Positions 1 to 8,512 of a DNA stretch of 40,441 nucleotides are shown here, piece by piece. Source of the stretch: a virus; the IMG/VR virus record IMGVR_UViG_3300031731_000008, positions 1 through 40,441 of that record; one strand, 5' to 3'. A program made the position numbers and the translations under genes. Each line of letters starts with the position of its first letter. The stretch's first letter is position 1. The notes beneath the pieces are model-generated. The model was not told the origin of the DNA. It made no database searches and saw only the letters and a list, made by a program, of their open reading frames with translations.

Positions 1-127
1 CCGGCGTTGAACGTCACGAGCGCGCCGTCGAGCGCACCGCCGTCCACGCTCTGCGAGATGACGCCCTCGGGCCAGAGGTAGTCGGGCACGCCCTCCACGC
101 GCACGGCGCTGGGATCGGTGGAGCCCG
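1..127. repeat. terminal direct repeat copy 1 (identical to 40315..40441); assembly overlap of a circular/permuted genome
   Basis: ccggcgttgaacgtcacgag...ggtggagcccg read at both ends, 127/127 identical by eye; lies inside a coding frame. Confidence 0.9.
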
Positions 128-692
128 CCGGGGTGCGGAGGTTGAGGTCGAGCCGGACGACGCCCTCGGCGCGCGTGAATGACACGAAGCCAGCCGCCAC
201 GTCATCTGTCCCCTGGGGGAGGAACGAGTCGTAGCGGCGCGGCGGGTACTCGCGGGCGTAGAGACGGCCCGCGGGGCCGGTGCCGACGAGTCGCACGTCG
301 AGGAGCCCCTGAGCCTCCAGCGGGACGAGCGCAGACGGCGACAGCCGGACACCCTCCGCGAGCATGTTCAGGTGAGCCTCCGCGGCGAGGTCAGCCGCAT
401 AGGCGACGGTCGTGCCGTTCGAGCCCTTCGACGTGATGGTCTTGCCCTTGGCGGTGTACCCCGTGACGGGATTCACGCCTGTGGACAACCATGTGGAAAC
501 GTGGATAACTACCGCGTCACGCGCGGCCTCCAGGTCGTCCCCGAGCGGCATCCCGTAGGCGTCGGTGGGGAAGATCGCGGAGGCGATGGCGTTCGTGACG
601 AGGTTCGAGGCCCGGCGGATCAGGTCCTCGGCGTTCGGGTCCCCCCGGAGTGCCTCCGGGAGGTCCTCGGTGGTTGCGTAGATGCGAGCCAT
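1..692 (-). CDS. head-tail adaptor/connector-like protein, 5' portion (gene crosses the junction and ends at 40242)
   Basis: ATG 692..690. Absent from the ORF track because it runs off the edge. N-term MARIYATTEDLPEALRGDPNAEDLIRRASNLVTNAI resembles gp6-like connectors. High GC3 frame stays open; 692+73 nt = 255 codons across the junction. Sits after the capsid gene. Confidence 0.6.
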   Translation of the reverse strand, partial: MARIYATTEDLPEALRGDPNAEDLIRRASNLVTNAIASAIFPTDAYGMPLGDDLEAARDAVVIHVSTWLSTGVNPVTGYTAKGKTITSKGSNGTTVAYAADLAAEAHLNMLAEGVRLSPSALVPLEAQGLLDVRLVGTGPAGRLYAREYPPRRYDSFLPQGTDDVAAGFVSFTRAEGVVRLDLNLRTPAGSTDPSAVRVEGVPDYLWPEGVISQSVDGGALDGALVTFNA

Positions 693-766
693 GCTGGCTG
701 TCCCTTCTATGGCGAAGGGGCCGGGGAGCGTCAAGCGCGTCCCCGACCCCCTCGTGTGTCGGTCTA

Positions 767-1303
767 TCAGGCGAACAGGTCGCGGATGCCGTCACGGGTG
801 AGGCCCGCGAGGTCCTCCTCCGTCTTGGCTCCGCCACGCGGGTCGAGTGCCCACGCCGTCCAGTCGGCCTTGCTGGCCGCGCCGGAGGGCTTCGGGAGGG
901 GCTCGGCGTCCTCGTGGGACTCCTCGACCTCCTCAGTGTCCTCTGGCACGTCACCAGCGCCGCTCTCGTCGCCGTTCTCGTCCTCCTGGGTGTCATCACC
1001 CTCGGGAACGTCTTCAGCGTCTCCAGCGGGCTCCTGGCCCTGCTCCTGCGTCTCGGGACCCTGAGCATCGCCCACGGCCTCCTGTGCGGCATCCTCGTGA
1101 GTGTCTCCACCCGTGTCGATGCCTTCCGAGCCAGGGGCCCCGAGAGGCGGAGCGGTCACGTCCGTGCCGGTGTGACCCTCCGCACCCTCAGTGCCGCCCT
1201 GGCCCGCGGTCGCCTCGGCGGCTTCAGCCACGACCTCCGCGTCACGGAGTTCACCAGCCTCAGCCGCCTCACGGCGACGACGGTTCCAGAACGACAGGCC
1301 CAT
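767..1303 (-). CDS. hypothetical acidic low-complexity head-module protein (178 aa)
   Basis: ATG (MGLSFWNRRRRE..) 1 nt after the capsid stop; long D/E/G/T-rich core. The upstream part of the 359-aa track ORF overlaps the capsid gene in another frame. Confidence 0.6.
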   Translation of the reverse strand: MGLSFWNRRRREAAEAGELRDAEVVAEAAEATAGQGGTEGAEGHTGTDVTAPPLGAPGSEGIDTGGDTHEDAAQEAVGDAQGPETQEQGQEPAGDAEDVPEGDDTQEDENGDESGAGDVPEDTEEVEESHEDAEPLPKPSGAASKADWTAWALDPRGGAKTEEDLAGLTRDGIRDLFA

Positions 1304-1304
1304 G

Positions 1305-2165
1305 TCAGATGACCGCCCGCGTCGGGAGGACGACGACGCCCTTGTCATCCAGGCGCTTCGTCGCCAGGTGCGCCGTGATGGCGAAGCCGGTGATGCGGGC
1401 GTAGATGTCACGGTCCTGCTCGATGAGCGCGCGGCGCTTGTAGAGCAGACCCAGGGCACCCTTGCGGATGACCAGGGCGTTGTAGGTGTCCTCGGCGTCC
1501 GTCGCGCCCTCGGTCTTCGTGGCCGCGTCGGAGATGATGACGGGGATGTTGCCCGCCAGCGAACCGACCTGGCCGCGCATGATGACCTGACCGGAGCCGA
1601 ACGTGAGCGAGGACTTGAAGTTCTCGTCACGGAGCAGGCCCACGTGCTGGCGCGAGTGGATGATGATACCGGCGACCTTCGTCGGGTCCCACTTGTCACC
1701 GAACGCCGCGATGGCGGCGGTGATGGAGGCCCAGTCGAGCGCGTCGGCGGCGGGGAGGATGATCGGGCTGGACCCGACCGTGGACTCCGCGGCCGCACGC
1801 AGGTCAATGTCCATCTTCTCGGCCAGAGCCTCAGAGATGGCGACACGTGCGCGGCTGGACGGGTTGCCCAGTGCGGTCAGTTCCGCGGTGTCGGTGACCT
1901 CCACGGCCGTACCGATTTCACGGACGGTCGCGGTCATGTCATCGGTGGTCAACTTCTGCGGGACGATGGGGACGCCCTCGGAGAGGTCAGCCGCGGGGTT
2001 GATGCGGTTGAACTTCGGGAACGTCACCGTGTCGCCGGGCTGGCCGACGAGGGTGTCATCCACGGTCGCAACCTGCGTCATCACGGCGGCCTGTGCGGCC
2101 TCCTTGACGGCGACGGGAGCGTAGACCTCGGGAACGATGAGGTCGGCCTTCATGGTCGTTGCCAT
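1305..2165 (-). CDS. major capsid protein
   Basis: 286 aa, MATTMKADLIVPEVY...; typical HK97-fold capsid length and composition; follows the scaffold gene; clean codon bias. Confidence 0.85.
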   Translation of the reverse strand: MATTMKADLIVPEVYAPVAVKEAAQAAVMTQVATVDDTLVGQPGDTVTFPKFNRINPAADLSEGVPIVPQKLTTDDMTATVREIGTAVEVTDTAELTALGNPSSRARVAISEALAEKMDIDLRAAAESTVGSSPIILPAADALDWASITAAIAAFGDKWDPTKVAGIIIHSRQHVGLLRDENFKSSLTFGSGQVIMRGQVGSLAGNIPVIISDAATKTEGATDAEDTYNALVIRKGALGLLYKRRALIEQDRDIYARITGFAITAHLATKRLDDKGVVVLPTRAVI

Positions 2166-2203
2166 GCTGGGTTCCTGCCTTTCAAGTCAGGTCGAGGGGA
2201 GTA

Positions 2204-2959
2204 TCAGCCCGCCGACAGTCGGCGGTACTCCTCGGGGTTCTTCTGGAAGAGTTCGAGACGCTCGTCGTAGGACATGGCCTCGAACTTCTCCGGGGTGATC
2301 GCGCTCGACCCGTTGGCTCCACCGAACGAGTCAGGCCCCGATGCACGGCCACCGCTCCCGGCGTTGCCCTTCAGCATGGGGTCACTGCCCGCGAGAGCAG
2401 TGATCTTGGACGACACGGTAGCACTGAACTGGTCGGTTCCGCGTGCGGCCTTGACCTCCGTGTCGTCGGAGAGAACGAAGGTCAGGTACTTCTCCCGGTC
2501 GGGGGAGATGCCAGCGGCCCATGCGGCGCGCAGGATGGCCAGGTCAGCCTCGGCCTTACCGGCGCGCTCCGTGGCGCGTTCGAGGTCCACGGACTTCGCC
2601 TGGAGGTCCCGGCCGAGCGTCTCCACGGTGGGAGTCTCGTCGGGGAGTTCGAGCCCGGCGGCTTCCGCGAGGGTGCGGAGTGCGTCCGGGAGGCCCTTGC
2701 GCTCGACGCGCTTCGAGGCGTCCTTGTCGCGGAGGTCCTTGATGGTGCTCAGGGCGTCGTCCAGCGTCCACGGCTTGCCGGTCGCGGTGTTGATCGGAGC
2801 GTCCGTGGCGGGCTTCGGAGCCTCGCCGGGCTTCGGTGCGTCGGCGTTGGGAGCACCCTGGGTGCCGTTGGCGTTCGCCGCGTCGGTGGCCGCCTGGCCC
2901 CCGTTCTGAGCGTCCGTCGTGGTCTGTGCGTCGGTCGTGCTGGTGGCGGTGTCGGCCAT
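2204..2959 (-). CDS. capsid scaffolding protein
   Basis: 251 aa; disordered T/A/Q-rich N-term, helical charged core, position directly upstream of the capsid gene; SD AGGAGG before the ATG. Confidence 0.7.
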   Translation of the reverse strand: MADTATSTTDAQTTTDAQNGGQAATDAANANGTQGAPNADAPKPGEAPKPATDAPINTATGKPWTLDDALSTIKDLRDKDASKRVERKGLPDALRTLAEAAGLELPDETPTVETLGRDLQAKSVDLERATERAGKAEADLAILRAAWAAGISPDREKYLTFVLSDDTEVKAARGTDQFSATVSSKITALAGSDPMLKGNAGSGGRASGPDSFGGANGSSAITPEKFEAMSYDERLELFQKNPEEYRRLSAG

Positions 2960-3300
2960 GTTCTGAGTCCTCCTGGGGCTCCTCGGCGGGTGATAGTTCG
3001 CTCAGCATACCGCGCTAGACGGCCGCGTGCGGCATCGGGACCCCGTGACGGGTGGAGGAGTGCCAGACGGGGTGCGGATGCGAGGGCGGTGCCAGTACGC
3101 CCCCTAGACTGCCGCATCCGTGTATCCGCCAAACGGCAGAGGGGCGGGGTGCTTTTATGCAGACGGGGGGTGAGCCGCGCAGAGCGGCGGAGAGGGCCCG
3201 TTCCACGGCCGTCTGCGGCTGGACACGACGGCCGCACCTGTGCTAGGCCGCGAGCCATGGGAACTATCCTGCACATCGGCGTGAATGTGCAGGATAGTGC
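2960..3300 (-). other. 340-nt non-coding, structure-rich island between the MuF-like and scaffold genes
   Basis: Only low-GC3, R/P-rich ORFs (3015..3206, 3052..3246). Several hairpins (3263..3298, 3206..3234, 3076..3120). Possible -10 TATGCT (3009..3004) about 45 nt before the scaffold ATG. Confidence 0.6.
3263..3298 (-). terminator. perfect 14-bp-stem hairpin immediately 3' of the MuF-like gene (terminator, processing site or protein site)
   Basis: actatcctgcacat / atgtgcaggatagt with an 8-nt loop; unusually AT-rich for this genome; no U-run follows on the transcribed strand. Confidence 0.35.
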
Positions 3301-4401
3301 TCAATCGTCGGGCCGAAGCACCTGCTCGCGCGCGCTCTGACGCTTCAGGAACGGGTGCCGATTCATGTGCTCACGCATGCGCGCCTGAGCCGCCTTCACG
3401 TTCTGACGGGCCGCGGCCTTCGCCTCCGGGGAGAGTGCCACCGCCTCCAGTTCCTTCGCCCGGCGGATCGCACGCTCGATGCCCCTCTGCTCCTGCTGAG
3501 CCTGGTAGCCCTTCTCGTCCCACTTCGGCCGGTCGGTCACATCACGGCGTCGGGACAGGCCCACGATGTACGCCCGGATCGCACACCGGCAGTTCGGGTG
3601 GAAACACCCAGCGGCGCGAGCCTCGTCCAGCGTGCCGTCCACCGTGACCCAGACCTCGGCCTCGGAGCCCTCGCCGGGGAGGAGGTAACGCCCGGCCGGG
3701 GTGCCATCCGTGCTGAGCACCTTCCCCGCCCACTCATCACACACCTTGCACGCGCGCGGCCCCGGCGTGATCGTCACGAGGTTCTGCCCGAGGTCCTTCA
3801 GCGCGGTCACGTGCCCGGCGATCATCGCCTGAGCCGTCCCCGTCCGCACCGCCATCCGGGCATAGTCGGCCGCGCCCATCTTCCCCCTGCCCACGGGCAC
3901 CTGGGCGAAGCCGTTCCGCACGAGCCCATTGAGCGCACGCTGGAGCGCGTCACGCTTCAGCAGGGTCCCGGTGGTGGTGCCACGGAGGACCTCAGACACG
4001 ACCGCACGCGCGGCGTCCTCGGCCGCCCTGAGGATGAACGGGGCCGCCTCCACCGTCTTACCCAGAGTCGCCGTCGCGAGAGCCGTGACGGCCGCCTGGT
4101 GCGCTACGGGCACAGCCTGAGTGCCGACCTCCCGGTACGCGGCCAGCGCGCCGATCCCGTAAGCCTCCTCCATGGCCGCGGTGATCGCCGCCGCCGCCTG
4201 CGGGTTCACCTTCGCGAGCATGGCGAGGACCTGGGGGCGGAGCGTCTGGAGGCGCTCCAGCACGTCCCGTTCCCACCAGTCCTCGGTGATGCCGTCCTGG
4301 AGCATGGCCACGAGCGCGGAGAGGATGCGCAGTTCGGCGTCCTCGTAGATGCGCGCGACCTCCTCGGAGAGTGAAGCCGCGAAGATGGGCGAGACGGCCA
4401 T
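3301..4401 (-). CDS. minor capsid / head morphogenesis protein (SPP1 gp7 / Mu F-like)
   Basis: 366 aa; C-terminal motif GCFHPNCRC typical of MuF-like proteins; follows portal with a 1-nt TGATG-type overlap. Confidence 0.8.
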   Translation of the reverse strand: MAVSPIFAASLSEEVARIYEDAELRILSALVAMLQDGITEDWWERDVLERLQTLRPQVLAMLAKVNPQAAAAITAAMEEAYGIGALAAYREVGTQAVPVAHQAAVTALATATLGKTVEAAPFILRAAEDAARAVVSEVLRGTTTGTLLKRDALQRALNGLVRNGFAQVPVGRGKMGAADYARMAVRTGTAQAMIAGHVTALKDLGQNLVTITPGPRACKVCDEWAGKVLSTDGTPAGRYLLPGEGSEAEVWVTVDGTLDEARAAGCFHPNCRCAIRAYIVGLSRRRDVTDRPKWDEKGYQAQQEQRGIERAIRRAKELEAVALSPEAKAAARQNVKAAQARMREHMNRHPFLKRQSAREQVLRPDD

Positions 4402-6029
4402 CAGGCGACCGCCTCCTCCTCGACCTCATCCGGGTCAGCCGTGCCGGGTGCCGGGGGGAGTCCGAACGTGTTCGGGTCGAGCGGGGCTGGAGTCTCGTCC
4501 TCGATCCGCTTCAGTTCGGCCTCAATGTCGGGCTCATCCCAGTCGGGGTGCATCGTCTTGACGCGGGTGTACCGGCTGGAGGCGTCGGCGTTCTTCTGCG
4601 CGCCCGCCGTCTCGGCCAGGACCTTCGGGGACTCCTGCACGGCATCCGGGAATACGACCTTCACGGGCATCGGCTCGAACGTGCCGCCGAACTCCTCCCG
4701 GTCGATGATGAGGAGGCTCGTGAGGAGACGCGAGAGGGCGTCACGCCAGTACAGGACCTTCTTGTCGCGGGTCGCGAGGGTGCGCTTGTTCCGGCCGACG
4801 TACTCGGTCGCCGTCATGTCGGGAGCATCCCCGCCCTGGTCCTCGTCCGGGGTGAAGCCTGCCGCCTCGATGGCCTTCGCGCTGAAGTCCTTCAGGATCG
4901 CCAGGTGCTCCTCCACCCGAATGTCGAACTGGACCTGATCGATGGGGGCCTCCTGGCCCTGCTCGCCCGGCTGGCGCTTCAGCGACACGAACATGCGCTG
5001 GTCGGCGGGGAACGCCGCACCCTTGCCGAAGCCCATGTTGCGGAGCATGTAGTCCGCGACGAGCAACTTGCTCTCGCCGTCCTCCACGTCTCGCATGAGG
5101 CTCGTGGCCGTCCGGTCGATGGCGGAGAACAGTCCGATGGTCGCCGGGGTGAAGTCGGAGCGGCCGATGTTCGAGCGCCGGTCCAGGGGGTCCGGGAGCA
5201 TGTTCGGGATCGAGACGGCCGTGGTGAGGCCGGGCCGGGAGAACGTGGCCCCGAACTCGTTCACCTGCTCGGCGTAGGGGCGTGTCGCCGGGTGCTCGGT
5301 GAGCGGGATGACGCGCCCGAGGTTGACCTCCGTGCCCACGTACAGGGCATGGTAGATCGCGCCGCCCTCGTGCAGTTCCAGGTGCCGGAACGTCTGCGAT
5401 GCCGTCTGCTCCACGACGCGCCAGAACAGCGTGCCCGTCTGCACCCCCCACGAGTAGAACGGATCGTAGGAGTCGGCGTCAGCACGCGACACGGTGGGGT
5501 GCGGGGCAACGTCCTTGTCCCAGCCGATGCGGAGCGCCACGGAGCCCAGCGCGCTCGCCGTCTCGGCCGCGCTGAGGAGGGTAGCGAGGAGCCCGGTCTG
5601 CTCCACGAGAGCATCGAGCCGGGCCTGCGTGGCGGCCGTGGAGGGGGCCGGGGTGACCTTCCCCGTCTTCGGGTCCTTCACCGTGGGACCCTCCACCACG
5701 AAGCGGGGCGGGTCGGAGAACAGCGCCTCCGCGCTCATGTGGGCGATCTTCTCCGGCACGGGCAGGTGGACCTTCTCGTCGCCGTCCACGTGCTGGCCCC
5801 AGAACTTCGAGGAGGTCTGCTCCTGTACCGGCTGGCGGTCCTTCTTGAACAGCCCGCCGGAGATGCCGCCGCCCTCCCAGCGTGCGATCTTCGCCGTGGT
5901 GCCCTGCGTCCCCGAGTAGAACGCCTCCAGGTCGTCCGGGTCGCCCGCGTACCAGACGGAGCGCTCCGCCACACGGTCATAGCGTCGGCCTTCGAGAGGC
6001 CAGGGGGAGTTGTCTGCGGGGAACGGCAT
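4401..6029 (-). CDS. portal protein
   Basis: 542 aa, position between terL and the MuF-like gene, SPP1 gp6-like size and acidic C-terminus. Confidence 0.85.
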   Translation of the reverse strand: MPFPADNSPWPLEGRRYDRVAERSVWYAGDPDDLEAFYSGTQGTTAKIARWEGGGISGGLFKKDRQPVQEQTSSKFWGQHVDGDEKVHLPVPEKIAHMSAEALFSDPPRFVVEGPTVKDPKTGKVTPAPSTAATQARLDALVEQTGLLATLLSAAETASALGSVALRIGWDKDVAPHPTVSRADADSYDPFYSWGVQTGTLFWRVVEQTASQTFRHLELHEGGAIYHALYVGTEVNLGRVIPLTEHPATRPYAEQVNEFGATFSRPGLTTAVSIPNMLPDPLDRRSNIGRSDFTPATIGLFSAIDRTATSLMRDVEDGESKLLVADYMLRNMGFGKGAAFPADQRMFVSLKRQPGEQGQEAPIDQVQFDIRVEEHLAILKDFSAKAIEAAGFTPDEDQGGDAPDMTATEYVGRNKRTLATRDKKVLYWRDALSRLLTSLLIIDREEFGGTFEPMPVKVVFPDAVQESPKVLAETAGAQKNADASSRYTRVKTMHPDWDEPDIEAELKRIEDETPAPLDPNTFGLPPAPGTADPDEVEEEAVA

Positions 6030-6120
6030 GAGATGGCCTCCAGGGGCACGAGGGCGGGGGTCCAGCCTCCGCGGGTGAGTTCGGGGTGACGGTCCCGCCG
6101 TCGTCCGTCATGCTACCGGC

Positions 6121-7470
6121 TCAGGCGGCTTCCGCGAGGTCCGGCACGTGCAGGGGCACCACGTCCTGCCACTCACGGATGGACGACATGACGGTGTATC
6201 GGAGCGCGTCTACCTCGTCGTCGTCTTCCTTGATCGGCTTCGTGTCACCGCGCTCGGTGGCCTTCTCATCCCAGAGGTACTGCGGGATGCGGTCTACGAG
6301 ATGCGGGTTCGCTTCCTTCACCACGTAGAGCCCACCGGACGCGAGGAGCGAGGCGATGGTCTGGATGCCGGGGAGGACCTTGTTCGACGCGGCGAGGGTG
6401 GTGTAGCCCTTGTCGTGGAGTTCGGTGCGGAACACCTTCGCGGCCGGGTCCACGGCGATCCACTCCGGGTCGCGCCACGCCGGGAGGGGCTGTTCCTTCA
6501 GCCAGCGCAGGAACTCGCTCGCATGCTTGCCCACGGTCATGTGCTTCGGGGCGAACTCGTCCAGGACGATGAGGCTGTACCGGGTGGTCGTCTCCACGTC
6601 CGGCCCTGCCCCATCGGGGAGGATGCGCCCGGCCTTGTCGAGCGTCACCCTGGCGAGCCCGAGGAGGTACGCGCGCGTCTCGTGCGTCTGCCCGTAGTCG
6701 AGCCCGGCCATCAGGGTCCGCTCGATGACGATGCCCTGCCGTGGCTCCCAGGTGCCGTCCGCACGCTTCCGCACCAGCCACTCGCGGGGGATGGTGTGCG
6801 CCTCCTCATCCCAGAGGTCATAGATCGCGCCGTCAGCGCCGACCCAGAGCCCTTCGATGAACCGCTTCCGCCAGAGCCCGGTGAACTCCTTGCTGATCGC
6901 GTCGAGGTACTCACGGGAGAGGGACGGGTTGTCGGTCAGGCGGAAGTGGTGCCGGATGAGGGAGAGTTCGTCGGCGCGCTTGATGTACTTCTGCATCAGC
7001 CAGTGACGGTTCGAGTCGGGGTTCGTGGTGCAGAACAGTTTCGCGCCGGGGACGCTCATGCGGCCGAGCAACTGGGCGAAGAACTGCTCCGCCACGAGGG
7101 TCGCCTCATCCAGGTAGGCCCCGGCGAGGGTGAGCCCTCGAATCTTCGTCTCCGCCGTGGCGTTGTTCGCGCCGAATAGGTGGACGAGGCGGCCCATGAT
7201 CCGGGCGGTAGACGCGCCACGGGTGTACTGGATCGCCGCCGGGTGGAGTTCATCGATCACGTCGAGCACGTTCCGAGAGAGAGTCTGGAGCGTCTTCCCG
7301 ATCATGGCGAGAGGGCCGGGGGGACCGTACCGGCAGAAGTCGAGCCAGGCGATGATGCTGGACAGCGTCTTGCCGGAGCGGATCGCCCCGTCCCAGATGT
7401 TGATGCGGTGGGCGGTGCGGCGGATGCACTCCTGTTGCTTCGGGGACAGCCCGAACGCGGCACCGGTCAC
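6121..7470 (-). CDS. terL: terminase large subunit
   Basis: 449 aa; Walker A WDGAIRSGKT near the N-term; C-terminal nuclease-like half; GTG start overlapping the upstream stop (GTGA). Confidence 0.9.
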   Translation of the reverse strand: MTGAAFGLSPKQQECIRRTAHRINIWDGAIRSGKTLSSIIAWLDFCRYGPPGPLAMIGKTLQTLSRNVLDVIDELHPAAIQYTRGASTARIMGRLVHLFGANNATAETKIRGLTLAGAYLDEATLVAEQFFAQLLGRMSVPGAKLFCTTNPDSNRHWLMQKYIKRADELSLIRHHFRLTDNPSLSREYLDAISKEFTGLWRKRFIEGLWVGADGAIYDLWDEEAHTIPREWLVRKRADGTWEPRQGIVIERTLMAGLDYGQTHETRAYLLGLARVTLDKAGRILPDGAGPDVETTTRYSLIVLDEFAPKHMTVGKHASEFLRWLKEQPLPAWRDPEWIAVDPAAKVFRTELHDKGYTTLAASNKVLPGIQTIASLLASGGLYVVKEANPHLVDRIPQYLWDEKATERGDTKPIKEDDDEVDALRYTVMSSIREWQDVVPLHVPDLAEAA

Positions 7471-7766
7471 GCCGACACCACTCCCTCAGCCATGAGCGCA
7501 CCGAGAGCGATGCGGCCCCGGCCCAGCCACACGTCCTGCCGACCGAGGGGGAGGAGTTCCCACGTGCCCGGCTCACACTCACGCTGGAGGGCACGGGCGA
7601 TGATGAGCGCCAGGGCGTCCTCACGGGGTGCTGGCTGGAGGTCTGCGCGCTCCAGGCGTGCGCCCTTCACGTAGAACACTTCAGGCGGGTTCTGCGCGTC
7701 CTCGACGGGCAGGGGCATGACCCAGCCCTGCACCGGGTGACGGTAGTCCACGAAGCCCTCGTTCAT
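7467..7766 (-). CDS. hypothetical protein (99 aa), apparently leaderless
   Basis: ATG 7766..7764 lies 6 nt after TAGACT (7778..7773); no SD; coupled to terL by GTGA. Confidence 0.6.
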   Translation of the reverse strand: MNEGFVDYRHPVQGWVMPLPVEDAQNPPEVFYVKGARLERADLQPAPREDALALIIARALQRECEPGTWELLPLGRQDVWLGRGRIALGALMAEGVVSA

Positions 7767-7772
7767 GCGGCG

Positions 7773-7778
7773 AGTCTA
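7773..7778 (-). promoter_or_regulatory. -10-like box GGTAGACT positioned for a leaderless transcript
   Basis: minus strand reads ccggTAGACTcgccgcATG; TAnnnT matches the actinobacterial sigma-A -10 consensus. Confidence 0.45.
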
Positions 7779-7812
7779 CCGGGCGAACCGGCTTCACCTT
7801 CGACGTTATGTG

Positions 7813-7956
7813 CTAGCCGCCACAGATGCAGTGGTAGTGCCTCATCGGCTTGCCGTAGGAGCGTGAGGCCCCGATGGCGGCGTGGACGGCTTCGCCCTGG
7901 TAGGTCCAGCGTTTCTTGCCGGGGTTCGGGCACGGCGGCCGCTTCGCCTTGCCCAC
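7813..7956 (-). CDS. small Cys/His protein (47 aa), zinc-ribbon-like
   Basis: GTG start; VGKAKRPPCPNPGKKRWTYQGEAVHAAIGASRSYGKPMRHYHCICGG translated by hand; below the ORF-track size cutoff; high GC3. Confidence 0.4.
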   Translation of the reverse strand: MGKAKRPPCPNPGKKRWTYQGEAVHAAIGASRSYGKPMRHYHCICGG

Positions 7957-7957
7957 G

Positions 7958-8107
7958 TCACTCCTCGGGGACGAAGCCGACGTATCGGGGGACCGGGCCG
8001 AAGTCTGCGAGGGACCCGTTCGACTCGAACGTCTCGTGCGGCTCCTCCACGGGCTGGGGCTTCTGCGCGCGCTTCACGTCGAGGGTGATGGTGAGGCGGA
8101 GTCTCAC
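7958..8107 (-). CDS. small hypothetical protein (49 aa)
   Basis: GTG 8107..8105 overlaps the upstream TGA (GTGA); VRLRLTITLDVKRAQKPQPVEEPHETFESNGSLADFGPVPRYVGFVPEE; fills an otherwise empty gap. Confidence 0.35.
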   Translation of the reverse strand: MRLRLTITLDVKRAQKPQPVEEPHETFESNGSLADFGPVPRYVGFVPEE

Positions 8108-8367
8108 CGGCCGATCCACTTCGCGATGACGGTCGCCCCCGTGGGGTACGGGTCACGCTGGGAGCCGCCCTGATGGATCGTGACCACCACGTCGGCGTGC
8201 TCCGGTGCGGCGGCGGTGAGCGCGGCCAGAGTCTTCGCCGGGATCGGCCAGTCCGTCTTCACGGTGATCGTGTGCTCGGCGGCCGGGATCGTGTCGTAGG
8301 GGAGTTCCCGGCGCTCATGCTTCCCGGCCCGCTCGTCGTCCAGCCAGTCCATCTGCTCAGTAGTCAT
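8104..8367 (-). CDS. hypothetical protein (87 aa)
   Basis: internal ATG (MTTEQMDWLDDERAGK..) of track ORF 8104..8499; the upstream part of that ORF is a wrong-frame overlap. Confidence 0.55.
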   Translation of the reverse strand: MTTEQMDWLDDERAGKHERRELPYDTIPAAEHTITVKTDWPIPAKTLAALTAAAPEHADVVVTIHQGGSQRDPYPTGATVIAKWIGR

Positions 8368-8512
8368 CGAGGTCGTCGCCCATCTCGGCCCTCTGGAGCC
8401 GGTTCTCGTAGTCGTGCATCTCGTCGGTCGTGTGGTGCTGGTCGTGCATGCGGAGCCGTCGCACGTGGTAGGTCTTCTCCTCCAGCGCGTCGAGGTCATC
8501 CCAGGCCATCAT
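8357..8512 (-). CDS. small acidic/His-rich protein (51 aa)
   Basis: MMAWDDLDALEEKTYHVRRLRMHDQHHTTDEMHDYENRLQRAEMGDDLDDY; ATGA overlap with the upstream stop at 8509. Confidence 0.45.
   Translation of the reverse strand: MMAWDDLDALEEKTYHVRRLRMHDQHHTTDEMHDYENRLQRAEMGDDLDDY

Noticed and set aside
1-127. Terminal repeat as genuine direct terminal repeats, cos ends or attachment sites
   Set aside because: The repeat lies inside an ORF that reads in frame across the junction, and nothing resembles termini or att core features. The simplest explanation is a circular assembly overlap.
2960-3300. Possible tRNA, or a small protein gene (3015..3206 minus, 3052..3246 plus), in the large intergenic island
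   Set aside because: I could fold no cloverleaf and saw no GTTCRANYC T-loop. The candidate ORFs contain many A/T-ending codons (GAA, ATA, AAA, TCT, GTT, CTA) unlike real genes here.
4371-6089. 572-aa plus-strand ORF opposite the portal gene. Similar cases are 27084..28424(+), 20084..21103(-), 1191..2270(+), 2159..3340(+), 6148..7179(+) and 15158..16384(+)
   Set aside because: All are antisense or alternate-frame shadows of well-supported genes, with R/G/P/A-dominated translations and poor third-position bias.
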